DNA of 64,000 nt from Marsupella aquatica (GCA_973895155.1 OZ316896.1:10737525-10801524); one strand, 5' to 3'. Numbered from the stretch's first letter, positions 1 through 14,400 are shown. Notes: a model not told the origin generated them from the sequence alone. Numbers and translations: made by a program.

Positions 1-730
1 GAGTAAAAGACACACGAGTATCACGAAGTGGAATCTGTCCAGAGGCCCTACAACCAATCGCCTCTATTTTACGAAGGATAGTGAATGCCTGAGCCCTTTG
101 AAGTGTCATTCGCACCCTCTGTCTGAAGTAGACGTGAGGATATAGAGAGGGGGAATAAGATCTTTACTCAATAGAAAAATTCGCACAAGCTCTAAGATAC
201 TGATCAAAGGTAGGGTACAGTGCACCAAAATCCCCTAGAGCAAAAGGGTAGAACAAATCCCTAAAAAGGATGTAGTTAATAATATGTGTCACACTTCCCA
301 AAGAACAAAAAGCTCCAAACTCGGAGCCCAAAGACCCAATAAAAGGGAGAGAAAACAAACCAGGAACACCAACCAGCCCAAGAGTCCCCTTACAATAGCA
401 AAGGAACTAAGGCCCTACTCACCATCAAACTCAAAAGCCAGGTAAAATTCAAGAGTGAACTCATAGGAGGGTCACTAAGAAAAAATTGTCTAGGGGCCTT
501 AAAACCAACCGCCACTCTCTCTCTCCAAATAAAAGTGAATGTCTGAACCCTCTCTACACTAGTGTGAAAGACACCCACCTACTGAAGAAGGTAGTGAGAG
601 TAGAAGCTGGGCGAGAAGGCCTACCCTCTATGCCAAAGACCACGTACTGTGCTTCTATGAAACGGTCAAAGATGGAAGAATTTGTCTAGAGGCCCTAAAA
701 CCAAGAGCCTCTACCCTTCCAGGAATAGTG

Positions 731-2688
731 TGTCACCTGCTTATCAAACGATTTACACGACAAATATCTATTTCCTCCTACTAAAATCATTTGTTATCGT
801 ATGACGAGAACGTGGAGGGACGCTATTCGGATTCTATTGCATGTAGGATGAGTATGTTTATTTCCGCTCCTGGAAATATAATTTTTGATCAAGTCTACCG
901 ACTAGCCTCTCTGCTTTTGATCAAGTCCCATGGACTACGCCACACACCCTTCTGCTAGTCGCTGGTGGAGTGCTGTCACCACCCCTCCTACTCACATGGT
1001 TGACCAATCCGTGCAAGGATTCCTTAGACACTTCTTGGGGAAAGAACACAATCGTGAAACAGAAAAGATAACGCCACACCAAAACTTAAGGAATCAAACC
1101 AAATCCATATCTTTTGGTAAAAAGTCGTAACATATTGCAAGGACAACCCGGCCTCCTGCCGTCTGCCCAACTCATGCCTCACTGGGACAAGTGCTACACC
1201 TCTACCTCACTACTTTGGCTTGATTCCCTCCTCTGGCTATGAGATAACTTCCCTAAGCAAACACTAGACTGAGTTCCCCCCCCCCACTACTCCGGGGCTC
1301 TCCCCCTACATACTGAAAAAACACACCAAAGCACCCCTTACGGGGTCACAACGATGGCGACCACCCTAGCGGCGCCGCAAAAAAACCTTCCACGAGGAAT
1401 CCCTAACCTAAAACATGCGGCACACACATGCTCCTAACACCCTAATCTAACTATGGGACCGTCGGTGCCTTCGACGATGCCAACCACACTTGGTAGTCAC
1501 GGGGAAGTGAGGGGGCCACTCAAGGTTGAAACCCTCAACCATTTTGAACTACTCCCCTGAGCGGGGCCCTGGATAGCTCTGCTCCTCCTGATCACGAATC
1601 CGTAAACGGCTCCGTAAACGGACTCCGGACAACCAAGTTACGAATGTTTGAATCCTTAATACGCCCGAGCTCATAACTTCTTCATCTTGACTCCGTTCTG
1701 GGCGTGCCACACCTTGCTGGAATCAGCTCCTCGAGCTCCTTCCAACAAGCCCGTGATTCCTCTCATCCAAGGTGTTGCATAATTCAAAATCCGTACGACC
1801 AACGTCCGTACGCCTCACTAGTCTTCCCCCGACTCGCTCACGGAACCGGGACTCCACCCCCGGGAATCCTCATTGCCGGCACCCTCCGCTGATGTGGGTG
1901 TAACACCTACTATTCTCCTTGTTGGGGGAGTCCTTCTCGGGGCCTGGCCAAAGGCTCCCCGTCTCCCGATCAAGAACCACTCTCAATTCCCAGAAGTCAC
2001 CCAATACTGCCACTGTTGCTATCGTCACAAGATCTCAATCAAATTTCATAGCTCTCCAAGCCAAGCGTCAAGGGAATACTTCAAAAAAAATGGGGAGATA
2101 TGTCGAGAGCTTTCCGCAATGAGGTGTGTGAAAGAAAATGCATTTGCTTTCGGCACTTGGGTGAGTTACTCCCGGCTTGCGGCCTCCTCCTTGCGCCTAC
2201 TACCCCACTCGTGGGAGCTTTTACTCTTGCTTGCCTTCTCCTGCCGGGGCTCGCTACTCCCGGGGCGGCCCTCCGTCTCGCACCTGCTGCCTCCCAACTT
2301 GCGGGCACGCAGCCTTACGCTGGGCCCTCCACCTGGCGCCCCATGGCTCGTGGGCTCCTCCTCCCCGACTGACTCCACCATATTACACCGCGGCCAAGAA
2401 AAATTGTCGGGGTCTCCAAATATTAATTGGTGGTATCCCCTTAAGATGCCTAATTTTCTTCTCCCACAACGACAAGACCCAAGAGAGCAAAGGGTCAATT
2501 AAAAAAATAGTTACTCCCGGGTTCAAATAGCTTCGGCCCTCCAGAGCAACATGAACACACACCGGGATGATTAACTTTTAAGAAATTAAAAAAAATTGAA
2601 AAACTCTTGTGTATATTGGCTTATTTATTTACATGCATCTTGCCAATAACACCTAATGGTGAATTTTCGAGACGGGGACCCCGTCACG
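731..2688 (+). mobile_element. Solo-LTR-like non-coding element with 5-bp target-site duplication
   Basis: Starts TGTCAC (731) and ends GTCACG (2688). TAGTG flanks it on both sides (726-730, 2689-2693). It interrupts a flanking repeat (…gaatagtg | aatgtctgag…). Its first ~1.1 kb is homologous, in reverse orientation, to 40.4-41.5 kb. Confidence 0.7.
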
Positions 2689-2879
2689 TAGTGAATGTCT
2701 GAGACCTCTCGAAACCCCTCTCTAGAATGACAGACACCAGTTATCTAAAGAAAGTAGTGAACACGAGAGTGAACAAACAAACTAAAATAAGGCTATGCAA
2801 AAGACCACAAGCACTCGTGTGAATCTATCAAAGATGGAGTGTAGAGCATGAAGGACCTGCAAATTAAGGACTCCGGTAA

Positions 2880-3480
2880 ACAAGTCCCCAAAGATAGCAA
2901 GAAACATAGGTCTCCCTCTTGAGCCAGGCTACAACATGGCCTGGTTCATGGGCAGCAACCACAACATTGCTCCCATCAGTAGGATCTGCAATGACCACAT
3001 CCCAAAGGGCATGAACTTTTGCCCCAAGAAATATAAGATCAGCCTGTGGTGTATATGATCCCGTGTGTCAGCACATGTCAATGGTCTATTGTAGCATGAT
3101 ATCCCAAAGTCATAGGCAATAGTTGTTATCACATCACAGTTGTAAGTCATCATGTGTGATAGTACTCTCACTTTCATGACCACACTGGGGTACATGTCCT
3201 CTCACTCCCATGACCACACTTGGGGGTATAATTATGAACTCACTCTCGCTACAACGATGCCCCACAAACACAAGTGGGTTGGTCCAGGAGGCACGGGGTG
3301 GAGTAGACCAAATCAAGGGCTCATGGACATGGAAAAGATAAATGAAATCATACTCCACAACTGCAACCAAAACTCTTAATTTGTGATGTAGCATCTTATG
3401 TGGAACCTTTGAGATATCTGTAAACTCTCAAATACTCATCCAAATCGCAACCCAACTAACAGGTGAGTAGCAAACATCCT
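2880..3480 (-). pseudogene. Decayed CRE-like (RLE-type) non-LTR retrotransposon 3' fragment
   Basis: The minus strand gives remnants of the Zn-knuckle (CVCG…CGHGSE…HDD) and a restriction-like endonuclease motif (PDLIF…DVVIADPT), with stops and frameshifts. Confidence 0.6.
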
Positions 3481-4485
3481 GATCAAGTTTAGTCACCACA
3501 GTTAGCAAATCCCCTAAGAACATTTTTCACATAAGAGAAAACTTTGCATGCATCAATGATTTTGCAACACAAAAAACTGGGAGCTGGACTTTGCAGTCCA
3601 ATGCCCCTCGGTGCATGACTTGCACTTGATCCACATCTCCCATTGCAAAGGGAACATCCAAATCATATTGATCTTTAAGATTGTACAATAAGTGATTGCT
3701 TAAGGTTTTATTGTTCTTTGAATCCACCATGGAAACAAGGGAAGTCTGGTTGAAAGTCATTGCTCACTTGATCTGTCCATGAAACTCAACTAATTTGCCA
3801 ATATCATGATTTGGACAGTGGTTAGTGTACGACATCAATTTAAGGATAATTATGGATATCTCTCCTTACCCATATTTTTCTTTTTGGTAAATGCAAATAC
3901 TCTCTACTATGCCATGTGACACATGCCCATGCACGCATTGGATGGATTTTCAAACCATTCAAACCAATTTTTGTTTTCTATCATTAAGTTTAATTCTTTC
4001 AACATGACCAACTACATCCTAGACTGTTACTTTATGATGTGCAATTACCATATGGTGCATATTCCTTAGCTTTCCAAGTAGCAAATTGAAAAACCATTGT
4101 GTTCATTACCATTACACATTGCATCCATTGAGGATGGTAATAAATTTGGGCACCAGTATCTTGGTTTTCTCTACCCTACATACCCATCACATTTGGGGTG
4201 ATGGGTCCCTAGAAGTGCCATAATTGCACTGTCATGCTTTCAACGCTTGTTGCCCTTCAATGACTGCCTGAGCCGTGGGCACATGATTTTGAGATGAAAA
4301 CAAAGAATGGGATATGTAAATTTGTCCAACAGATGTGGGTATTGTGGTCAACCATTTCGGTGCGCCGTCCGAGATGTTGTGTTCAGAATACCTAGAGATA
4401 TTACATTTTTTTACACAAACCCCACCTAGGGTTACCCTCTTGAAGGGGCCCTGTTTGCATTGGCTCATCTTTGGGCTCTTTGGAC

Positions 4486-4760
4486 CTCAAGGGTCTCACT
4501 ATATGGGGACCTCCCCATCACCTGCGACGTTTTTAGGCCTCAAACCCCTTAAAATGCAAGAAATTTTTTTGTTTTTTAACCCCTATAAAGTTGGAATATT
4601 CTTGGAATATTCCAAAGGATAAAAGACCCTAATGTTCTTATAAGTCATTTACAAGACCCTATTTTTGCAAAAATTCTTAAGTCTTCCCTTAGAACCAGTA
4701 AATCAACCCTATCCTTTGTCACACGTGATATGTCATTTTTGTGGAAGTGAAACCCCCAAG
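4486..4760. mobile_element. MITE (CTCGGGGGTCTCACT-type TIR family), 8-bp TSD
   Basis: Degenerate TIRs ctcaagggtctcact…agtgaaacccccaag. TSD CTTTGGAC at 4478-4485 and 4761-4768. Internal sequence closely matches 14440-14735. Confidence 0.85.
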
Positions 4761-5516
4761 CTTTGGACCTCCTCGGCTGCATTCCTGGATTGCTTGTTCT
4801 CATCAATTGTTGTTGATACACATCTGTTAAGAATTGACTCAAGTTCCTAGCTTCTATATAGTTTGGCCTTATTAGAGTTACTTAACTGTAGATGGGACCA
4901 TGGATTACATAAGGATAAGATCCGCTTAGTTTAGACCCACACATCTCGGCCCCCTTGGGGGGTATAGGTTGGAGGGAGAGCATTCTCTCTGTCATTCTTC
5001 ACATGCACTTCTCATGACCTATGGATCCTTCAAGAGTTTCTCCATCGTGGTGTCTTGTTGGTGTAGTGTGAGATTAAGCTCATGTTTTGCATTGCTGTCT
5101 AATCTAGAGCCAACAGTTTTTTACAATCTTGTGGGGCCAATTGTGCTTTTGGGGGGGCAATACCCACTTTGTTAACCAGCTGGCTCTCCTAGGTTGGTTC
5201 TCCAACCCAAAAATTGTGGGGTCTGCCCCCCATCCCCTTCAGAACTCTTTGCCCACCCCGTCAATATTCACATTCGGATTAAGGGCATTTGGGTCTTGCG
5301 AGTGCCCATTGATGGGCCTGCCTTTGAGCAAAATTTTCTTCAGGCGACTTTGTCCCAGGATTGACCAGTTAGTGATGTTAGGAGATGTCCAATGGCTTTC
5401 TTGATTCTGGTCCTTTGCTTCGTTGTCACCTATCCTACCTTCTCCGGACAGTAGCCCCCATTGTCATGGTTTTATCTTTGTTCACTTCATTTAATTCCAA
5501 GGTTATGGGGTTTTTG

Positions 5517-5815
5517 CTTGGGGGCCTCACTCCAAGGGAGGTCCCATATCACGCGCAAAGTTTTCAAGTAATAAATACCCTAAAACTTAAGAAAATAAAG
5601 TAGATTTTCAGTATTTTTTCATCCCTAACTTTATGGAATATTCTCAGACTATTCCCACATTTGGTATTAAAAAAACCCCTATATAGTTCTTACAATTCTC
5701 AAAATTGGATTCAAACATCCCTATATTTCTTCAACAAAATTATTAGAGTCTTCCGCACAATTGAATTAAAAAAACACTAACTTCTTCACGTGCAATGAGT
5801 CAGGGGGACCCTGAG
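5517..5815. mobile_element. MITE, diverged member of the same family, 8-bp TSD
   Basis: Ends cttgggggcctcact…gggggaccctgag. TSD GGTTTTTG at 5509-5516 and 5816-5823. Length and internal AT-rich motifs are similar to the other copies. Confidence 0.75.
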
Positions 5816-8800
5816 GGTTTTTGGTCACCTTGTTGGCCCAAGAGCCCTCATGGAGATGAGGCTCTTTTGCTGCCCTACAAGCATTGCTATGCCATCTTGG
5901 GAGGACATGGGGTGGCTTTGGCAATGGCCAGTGCCCCATTGCGTTCCTTGGCTACAGTTGAGCGCGATTGTCTCTTGCTCTGGCTTGTTGTTTCATTGTG
6001 GACCTTTGGCCTATCCTCTCATTATGTCATGAGAGTGGAGAACGAAGCTCTTCCATTTCATGCATAGCTTTGTAATGTCTGGTCCTTGTTGCCCAAGGAT
6101 GTTTAGAATGCGATTCTTGCTTTTGAGGGAGTTTTTTTCACTTGGACAGTCCGTAACAAGTTCAATAGGCAATTTTTGAAGGCAAACACACCTTTTCTAA
6201 CATGCTCTCAAAGGTAACTTTGGACTTGGTTGGGCCCGTCTTCAACCCAGTTTGGGCTTCAGTTCAGGTGCTTGGCTTTCAAGTAGTCCAGTGTGGGCCC
6301 CTTTTTGCATGAGTTCTTTAATCTTCACAATGTCCATGGATCTCTAGCTTGGCCTTGGTACCCTACACCCGTGCCTCTTGGGCCAGTCACGTGTGTTTGT
6401 GGGGCGTCCTTGGATAGGGAGAGCATCCTTATTCTTTGTGTGATCGCGGTAATGAGAAGACAAAGACACACAATGACATTTGAGATGTGGTGGCAACTGC
6501 TACCCACGACTCTTGATACCATGCCTTGATAGACCAGTAACCTCAGTAACCTGTGTTTCCACCCCAAGATGGAGTCCTAGATCAATGTCATGCAGATCTG
6601 GTATTTTCTTGGGGGCTGGTGTTTGAGCCCTTGAGGATGTGCTCATGGTGGACCCTACTAGTGGGACCAATTATATGGCGGTTGCCCATATTCCGGGCCA
6701 CATAGATATATGTGAGGCTGTGCGGTTCAAGGATATGTTGTGCGTTACCCTGGAGACCTTTTCTATCTGTTTGTTGTAGAGGTCTTGGGGGCTCTTCACC
6801 TGACCTCGGACCGGTTCTTACTTTCATGTGCAATTAATTATGTCTTGAAATATGCTTAGTGATGACCTTAGTTATCCCCTGGTGTCTGTCACCATTGCCT
6901 TCGTTGCCTCTTAAGTGCGGAAAAGTGTGTCTATCTCACTTCAGTGGGCTAGTGCATCTACTCTTCTTCCTTGGGGTGAGGTGATTGGTTTTAGGACCTC
7001 TAGTCAAATTCCCTTGCTTGACCCTCTTACGCAGTTCACCACGGAGCTTTGCAAGGCTCTTCAGTATGCTGTTTGGTAGGGTTTTGGGTGGTTTCTCCTG
7101 GTTGCTTTTGTGGCCGTGTTTTGTCTGGGATTATTGGGCCATTTGGCTTGTTTTTTGCCTCCCCTTGAATGGGTCTCCCATTAGATTTTCAATCTGAGAA
7201 TGATGCTACCATTGATCCAGCCCATGAACCATGCAATCTCTCTCTCACATGGTTACGAGCTGGGTCCATAGGCCTTTCACACCAATAGTTGACACCCTTC
7301 TTGTTGCCAACAAGGTTTTCAAAAGCAAATTGTGATCTTCAATATCTGCCTTGATATCTTACAAAACCATCTCTTCTTAGGCGGCTTAGAAGCCTTAGAA
7401 TATATTTCCAACCCATTTAACATCATGCAGAATTGAGTGACATGTAAATTTCTAAAGAGTACTCCATAATTCACTCTCCACTCTTTGCATTTCCAAAAGT
7501 TTATTAGTAGTCAACTTTGACATTCATTATCTCAGTCTCTATCCAATAGAATATGACTTTTGGGGTTTGCTATAAATTGCCTGGAAAGATCTTTCCTATG
7601 AGTTTAATGTAATAAAATATAATGGAGAAACCTGCAAATATCCCAAGATGATTGTGTGCTTCACCTTGCCACATTTCACTCATATATGTACTATATGACC
7701 AGGAAAGGGGGTCCATCCGAGTTTGAAAAGTCTATCCAAACACTTAGTCAAACATGGAGGTCCATCCAAGCTCAATTTCCAATGTTGGTGAACGAGAGCA
7801 AAAGTACTTAATAACATATATGAATTTCAGAAAGAATTAAATCTGGAGACGGTTAAAGAAAAAAGTTGCATCTGAAAGAGACAAAATGAACAAGTTTAGT
7901 GACAGTGGCAAAACTCTATACACAAATAAAAGGAAAAAATACAAAGAGGACTAAAGAGAAAGGTGTAGGGTAACCCATGGTCCCAAGGAGGGTATGGACT
8001 TAATCCCCATGGGTTAGAGCCATGGCCCCCGAATGTACTGTAGTTTGCTCCATTTCTGACCCAAAAATTGTGCCTAAATTTGGATAAACCTCCGGACAGG
8101 TTAGCCATGGGCCTAAATCTCATAACCCAGTTAAATTGACAATGATATTATGGCTCATAACCACCAGAAACCCAACTAATAAAGCTCACTCAAAAGTTAT
8201 CCCTGACCTACTCTCTAGAGTAAAGTCTTTAGACTGAGGGTATCAGTGTTCAATGCCCCTTAGTTATTTTTTTTCCTTGGAAAAACTCAGTGCATTCTGG
8301 GAGCATAATGATTCAAGATCTATGTAGATCACCTCGTCAAGAATATTCTGTCTGCTTTTATGAAAGTTGGAAAAAAATATCTCAGGCTTCCCTAAGTGTA
8401 GTAAGGGTCTAATTCTCGGAGCATTATGGCCAATAGCCTCTCAAAACACAGGCAAAGTTTTCCCGGCATTATATCTCACAATGCACTCTAAACAATATTT
8501 CACACAAGAAAAACAAGGATTGGACAAAGATCAACACAGAATATCACCAATTTTATTTTATTTTTGCAATTTTATTTTTACTCTTTATCTCTATTTTCGT
8601 TCAATGAGGGGGTAATCATGCTAGTCCAATGAAAATACTAGTTGAGACTTGAGTGTACTAGGGGGAGGTGAAAATGTGAAATGGAGAAAAAATTGTACAG
8701 CACAGGAAACGAGATTCCAACAATAAAACTGTTTTCCCAAAAGTACTGCGCTAAACCAATCAGGGGGCAGTAAGCACGGGGGATACTTGTTGTCGAGATT

Positions 8801-9092
8801 CAAAGAAAGTCTCAAGGACGGGCAGATCCGTCCCCACCAACTCCTGAACCACGTTTCCACTAAATTTAATGCTCTTCACGATCACTCACTCTGTCGAAAT
8901 CGACGGCAGGTTCTGCTTCTCAACGAATTCTCACCGTTCGATCTCACTCATAGGGCAATGTCTGCACTAAAATTATAGATAACATTTGCGGGTTGTCAAG
9001 TACTGTACTTATCCGTGGCAAACGGAATAATTTTGAGCAGTGGGTCCAGTCAGCAGGCGGCTGATATTGTCAGCCCACTCAACTTCCGTCCT

Positions 9093-9310
9093 CCACGTGG
9101 TGACGCCCTCGTGGCAGTACAGAACTAGTCAATCATTTGTTGGCAACGTACTGTCTGCCCGCGGGCAGGAAAAGAATCCCGTACTTCCCGTGTGCTTTCC
9201 CGTCCGGTCCAGTCCGGAGCCGGAACGAACGTGTTTTCGTACTTCCGTCCCTCCCGGCGCGGCCCGAACCGCAGTGCAGCCCAGCTTCGGGACGCGCTAC
9301 AACACGCGCG
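9093..9310 (+). promoter_or_regulatory. Candidate G-box/ABRE and CGCG-box elements upstream of the ERD15-like gene
   Basis: CCACGTGG at 9093-9100, and GACGCG/CACGCG at 9291-9308, in a CpG-rich region upstream of the gene. Function is inferred only. Confidence 0.35.
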
Positions 9311-9917
9311 GGGGTTTGGTGGTAATAATATTATGTAACAATTGGGATAGACTACGGTCCTTCACGAGTCACGACATCGAGTACTTATTAGGCCTCGCTC
9401 GAAAGTCGAATGGAATGCTTCTAGTCTTCTTCTTCGCTTGTCGAGTGCCATCTTTCTCCTCACCGACGTCATCGTTGTCATTCTAGAGACAGGAGCGGCG
9501 AGCAATTCTTGCGACGGGACTACCACGGCGAAACTGCTGGGTCGTTAGGAAGCTCAATTCGGGACCCTGTTGCGGAGAGAATGATGCAGTCGTGACGAAG
9601 CGCGGCTGATTGATTGATTTGGGTCTTTGTTTGAAGGGAAGATTTCCGAGCGCTGGAGAGGAATCGGAGCGGATTCGGGATATAGATGTCAATTTTCTTA
9701 CGTTCGCGGATAGCAAGGATTTGAACAGTTCCGATAGAAGAAGGGATTGGTGTGTGGTTTCCGGCATTGGCGGAGCGAGACGTCGGTCGTGTTGCACCTG
9801 CTCTGCTGTCGTTGGAGGTGTCTGTCTGTTGAGAACTGCAATTGCAAGAAACGTGCTCCGTCTTAGTGAAAGTTTGCTGAGTTGTTGTGTTGACGGTACT
9901 CGCTGAGTGGAGACACA

Positions 9918-11643
9918 ATGGTGGAAACGATGCCGAGAATGTCGTCTACTTTGAATCCTAACGCCCCTTTGTTTGTGCCGGCGTCGTACCTTGCAACGGA
10001 GGACTTTTCGCCCGAGTGGTGGCACCTTATTCAAACGTCTCCCGCGTTTCGTGACTATTGGTTGATAGAGAGGTCCGAAATTTTGGAGGAGGAAGGGTCT
10101 GCGGCAGCTGCTTCTCCCGTGGACGATTCTGATCACTTTGAAGACCTTCTGGATATCGAGTTTCAATTCGAGGAGGCGGAGAATGCCGGGCTCACGCAAG
10201 AAAATGGTACGGTTCCCCACCGAAAGCGTGCATTGACGATGATGTGTTTTCTGTGATATTATCGGTTCTCTCTTGGTTTCTCCTCTTGTCGAAGCGATTC
10301 GGGCTTCTGTGTGTCAGGAGCAGAGATGTTAACACACGCCAGGTGTGACTTTGGCGAAAGATCTGTCTTGCGGCAGTCATTTCAGAAGCTATCTTGATTT
10401 CTAAGTTTGGAGTCCGTTGCCTCTTCTTGTAAAGGGGTTGCTCTCGAGGTGCATAAGCATCGACTGCTTCATGGGCCTTGAGAAGTAGTCCAATGTACGG
10501 GACGCTGTGTTCAATGGGACCAATTTGTCTTCTAATTTTGGTCGGTCTTCACTTTCTGCGAGCTTGGTCCTGTAGTTCGCCCGGTCTGTGTCCAACGAGA
10601 CTTTAGTCTTTCTGGACTAAACGATGCATATCTCGAGGAATGTTTGGGCGTCGTCTTCACGCACTGCATAACTCGATCACGTCGTCTTCAAAGTGATCAG
10701 AATGCAACGGGTCATCGAGGTTGAATGCGTGCCAATTTGGCGTTTGGGCAATCTCAATGGATTGCTCCGGAATGTCGTTTAGGTTGCAAACGGGCCTTTA
10801 TTCCAACTCTGTTCGTCGATGAGGTTTGGAAGCTGGCCCCGTGATACCACGGGGAATGTATCACCGAAGCCCTATCTGCCGCTTTATGAGAAGGCCTTAA
10901 TGTGGGTACAAAGGTTTTGGTGTTCTCTTCGTTTCGCCCACAACATTCGCTCATCCAGATGATGACCCATCCACAGGATATCGACTGTTCTCTCGATATC
11001 TTCTGATTACTTTCCGAATATGGCTCCTCTTGAACAATCTGTCGAAACATGACTCGTCTTGTGTACGAATTTGCATATCGTCTTTTGATTTCGATGAGAT
11101 CATGCGACCAGAAGAGGTTGGGGGCCTTTAGACTCGGCCTAAGTTATCTTATGTCTTGTAGAGCTCTTATCTGCCTCGGAGAACTGTCAGCCAGCAAGCA
11201 CTACAGTGGCCGTATAGTGGCGGATGCGCTTTTCTCGGGCGGAAAGTAGGCAACGATATTCCTCCCTCGTTCTGCCCCAAGCTTGAGATATGGGATTGAT
11301 TCGCTCGTTACCCATATCGTTTGCACTAGAGTCCACGCTTCGCTAGAAGGACAGTTGCTGTGTTGTTTTTTCTTCCTGGTTGCAATGTCTAGAGTCTCGT
11401 TACTTCTCCCTGTTACCTGGACCCTGACTAACTGGCCGGTTTGATTTCGTTGCAGGCGCCGTGCGCGATGTTGAGAAGGAAGTCTTATCCGCTCTTGCCG
11501 GTCTTGGTGTGAACGACCTGAAGTCCCAGCAGCGTATTTGGCGCGAGCCGCTGAAGCACCACGAGAAAATCTTAAACAAGACTCCAAGAAGTCCCGGGAA
11601 ATGCGGCGCAAATCAGTTTCGTATTCAACAGCCTCGTGCCTGA
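9918..11643 (+). CDS. ERD15: ERD15/CID-like PAM2-motif protein; exons 9918-10206 and 11456-11643
   Basis: PAM2 motif [12 protein letters not shown], then [21 protein letters not shown]. Phase-compatible GT-AG intron (g|gtacgg … ttgcag|gc). Conserved C-terminal IQQPR. Confidence 0.9.
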
Positions 11644-13689
11644 TTCTTCCAGTAGCCACCAACTTGTACTGTTACGAGATGGTACATTGTCGAGCACCAC
11701 AGCGAGTCTGTTGCCCATGCAATCTGCTCTTTAACAACCCAAATGAAACTTGGCTTTCTTTGGGAATGTTCTTGAACCCACATTTTTCCAGTCTAGGTGT
11801 AACGTGTTAGATTCATTGTAAATTTTTCTAGCAGTAGTTAGTTGTGGATATGCAATGACACCTTGTCCGCAGAGAGAAATCTAGGACAGCTGCACGTTAA
11901 TTGCGGCTTGTAATTACCATGTAATCAAGGGAAGTAAAGTTGTCAAGCAGTCTCGATGGCTTTCACAGTGTATGTTGGTTCTCGTATATGGTTACAGCTC
12001 AACGTCTCTTCACATCTCGCTCTTGATCAGCGGCCAGGAGTGCCTGCATCTCAACTGCAGACGTTACTTGTTTCCTCGGTCATTGATGTGTCGGTGACAT
12101 TGCTCGTAGAAGGAGATGAGCTCCTTATGTTAGAAGCAATCTTTCGAGGCAAAGAAGAAATACTTATTCTTCATTGGATACGGTGGCTGGGTACGTTCTG
12201 TTGAAATGGTGCGCGTTATGCATAATACTCCGTTTACATTGCATCTCATTTGTGGCGACGAGAAATTTTCAAATTGCATTTCGACTGGATGACGCTAAAA
12301 GATAGCCTCGTAGCCTGCGAATCATTCTCAACATCGTTTTTTGTGGTGGGGCCTGCAACTCCCCAAATAAGGCTGGTAGTTTTCTCCTGACATGAAAGCA
12401 CATCCTCTCAATTTAATTTTGAACTGCGTGCTGGTAATTTTCTCGTGACATGAAGCACATCCTCTCAATTTAATCACTAGTGCGTGTTCAAGTGGATTAC
12501 TGTACAAATGAAGTTCAACCGTCCTTCGCTATGTCGGTGGAGACTTTTCGAACGTTTCGCCCACTGCATGCTGAGATTTTGCGTACTATTGGGCACTTAG
12601 ATTTTCTTTTGCACTCCACTCTTAGATACGAGTATGGAGAAATCGGCAGAATCGAAGTTGACAGCCAAATGTAGAGTACAACACCGACGGTTCTCAAATT
12701 TGGTTGCAGTTTGATCTCTTGAAAGATTACTCTCCCGGAATGTCGATCCAGAATCGCCTTCAGTAGCAATGGTCACAAGGTCTGTACCAAGCAGATTTCT
12801 TACGAGTCGGTGTTTGCTTTCCTCGTCTGAAATTCAAATAGGACTCATTCTTTCTTCGCGTATTTGAATTTCTTAGCGTATTTTATAGCGTGAGCCACTA
12901 TAAAATGGCATTGATTGTTCACTAATTATCAGATGTCAGAGCCACTATAAATGGCATTGAATGTTCACGAATTATCATATTCCAGACACAAATCCCGAAC
13001 ATAAAAGTGTGAATCACCCAAACTGCCCTACGGCGGAACCCTTTATAGTCCTATTTGAATTTCTTGTTATATAATTTTATCCTAAGTTAACATAGTATCT
13101 TGTTTTATTTGGGTTTCTTGCCTCTCAATGAAGATATACTATTGCCAAGATTACTTTCCCTAATGATTTAAAGAGACCGGAATCCAAAGTGCTACAAGGA
13201 AGCGACTAATGCAAGGTATTTTAAGTATTACTTAATCCGTGCCTAATTCCAAAGTGGTACACCGAAGCAATCAAAAGGATACAAGGCGTTTTTAAATGCT
13301 TACTCCAAACGGTAGCCAAATTTATAAATCTGCCCCTAAGGAGTATCATTATCTCCATTCTGAGAATACTTGTCCTGCACATACTAATGACATCCTGTTC
13401 TGCTTCTTCAGCCTTGATATTCCATCCAATTACCTCAGGTTGCGTGTTGGTTCTTTTAGTCTTGACATTTCTCTTAGTTCTGCGGGTCAGCATTTTGTTG
13501 GAGCTTTTGTTGTAGCTGATGTTGGAGTTTAAGTTGCACGCGCTGAAGGTTGAGGCCGACTTAGAGCTCGACCTACAACAATCTATAGTTTAACTTGAGC
13601 GGGAGTCTCAGGCTCTTCATCATTGTTGACTAGGACATAGAGCTTGATCATAGGGTTCTGGGCACATCGTTTACCATGAGGAACTTGGT

Positions 13690-14400
13690 TTAAGACAGCC
13701 TTGTCATGGAATGTGAGGAAGACAACTGGGGAAGTAAAAGAAAATGAGACATGGCAACTACAAATGAATGTGAAAAGGGCCAATCAACAAATGTGGTGTG
13801 TGAAAACCTCAATTATGTTCACCTTATTCTGAACACACAAAGTTGACTAGAGCCACGGGAACCTTTTGCTCAAATGATTATGAAGGTTGAGAATACACTG
13901 CAATGTATTGTGCAACTACCTTGGGGTGTTGACAAACTAATAGATTCCCGATGCTGAGCTACTATGGGTATAGTTTCCAATCTTACAACACAGCAATTTG
14001 CAAGGCCAATTTTACCATTGCATTCCTTGACCTTCATGCAATGTACAACACAAGTCCAATTCATGCTGAATTTCACAAATGCAAGGTGCACCTGGTCGAA
14101 TGAGCTAATTTCCAATAGTTAACGTAAAGGAGGCAGGATCTGTCATGGATCTGTCTTCATGACGAATGTAATCACTTTGTTTTCATGTGATGTGATGTGT
14201 CCTGTCCCATGACCTTCTTGGATCAGCTTCTAGGAAATTTAGGATGAAGTAATTTGTCGTCAATCCTGTTGCCATTCATGTTATCCTCCATTGACTTAAC
14301 CAAAATATGATATATAGTTAAAACAATGCCACAATCATTCAGATTTGTACTTGTATGCAAAGTAGACATGTGGGATCTTATGCTCACCTTCAATCAGTAC
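13690..14400 (+). pseudogene. Possible highly decayed LINE fragment
   Basis: Only ALSWNVR (AP-endonuclease start-like, ~13695) and YLGV (~13917) remnants are visible, with many stops. Confidence 0.3.

Larger units (their letters stand above)
4240..6830 (+). pseudogene. Decayed CRE-like non-LTR retrotransposon (RT, Zn-knuckle, RLE), interrupted by MITEs
   Basis: Remnant peptides: PLEGALFALAHL (~4435), CLFSSIVVDTHL (YADD-equivalent, ~4790), IDQLVMLGDVQ…SYLLRTV (~5360-5450), TCVCGASLD…HNDI.DVVA (~6390-6500), RADLVF (~6590). Confidence 0.65.

Noticed and set aside
1873-2530. Overlapping 110-209 aa ORFs
   Set aside because: They lie inside the LTR-like element, are GC-rich and show no recognisable domain.
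9291-9308. GACGCG-N6-CACGCG as another copy of the cassette dyad
   Set aside because: The half-sites are direct rather than inverted, and it lies in a CpG-rich host promoter.
9040-10220. 148-aa (+) and 245-aa (-) ORFs
   Set aside because: They overlap the GC-rich promoter/5' region and antisense strand of the ERD15-like gene and contain no motifs.
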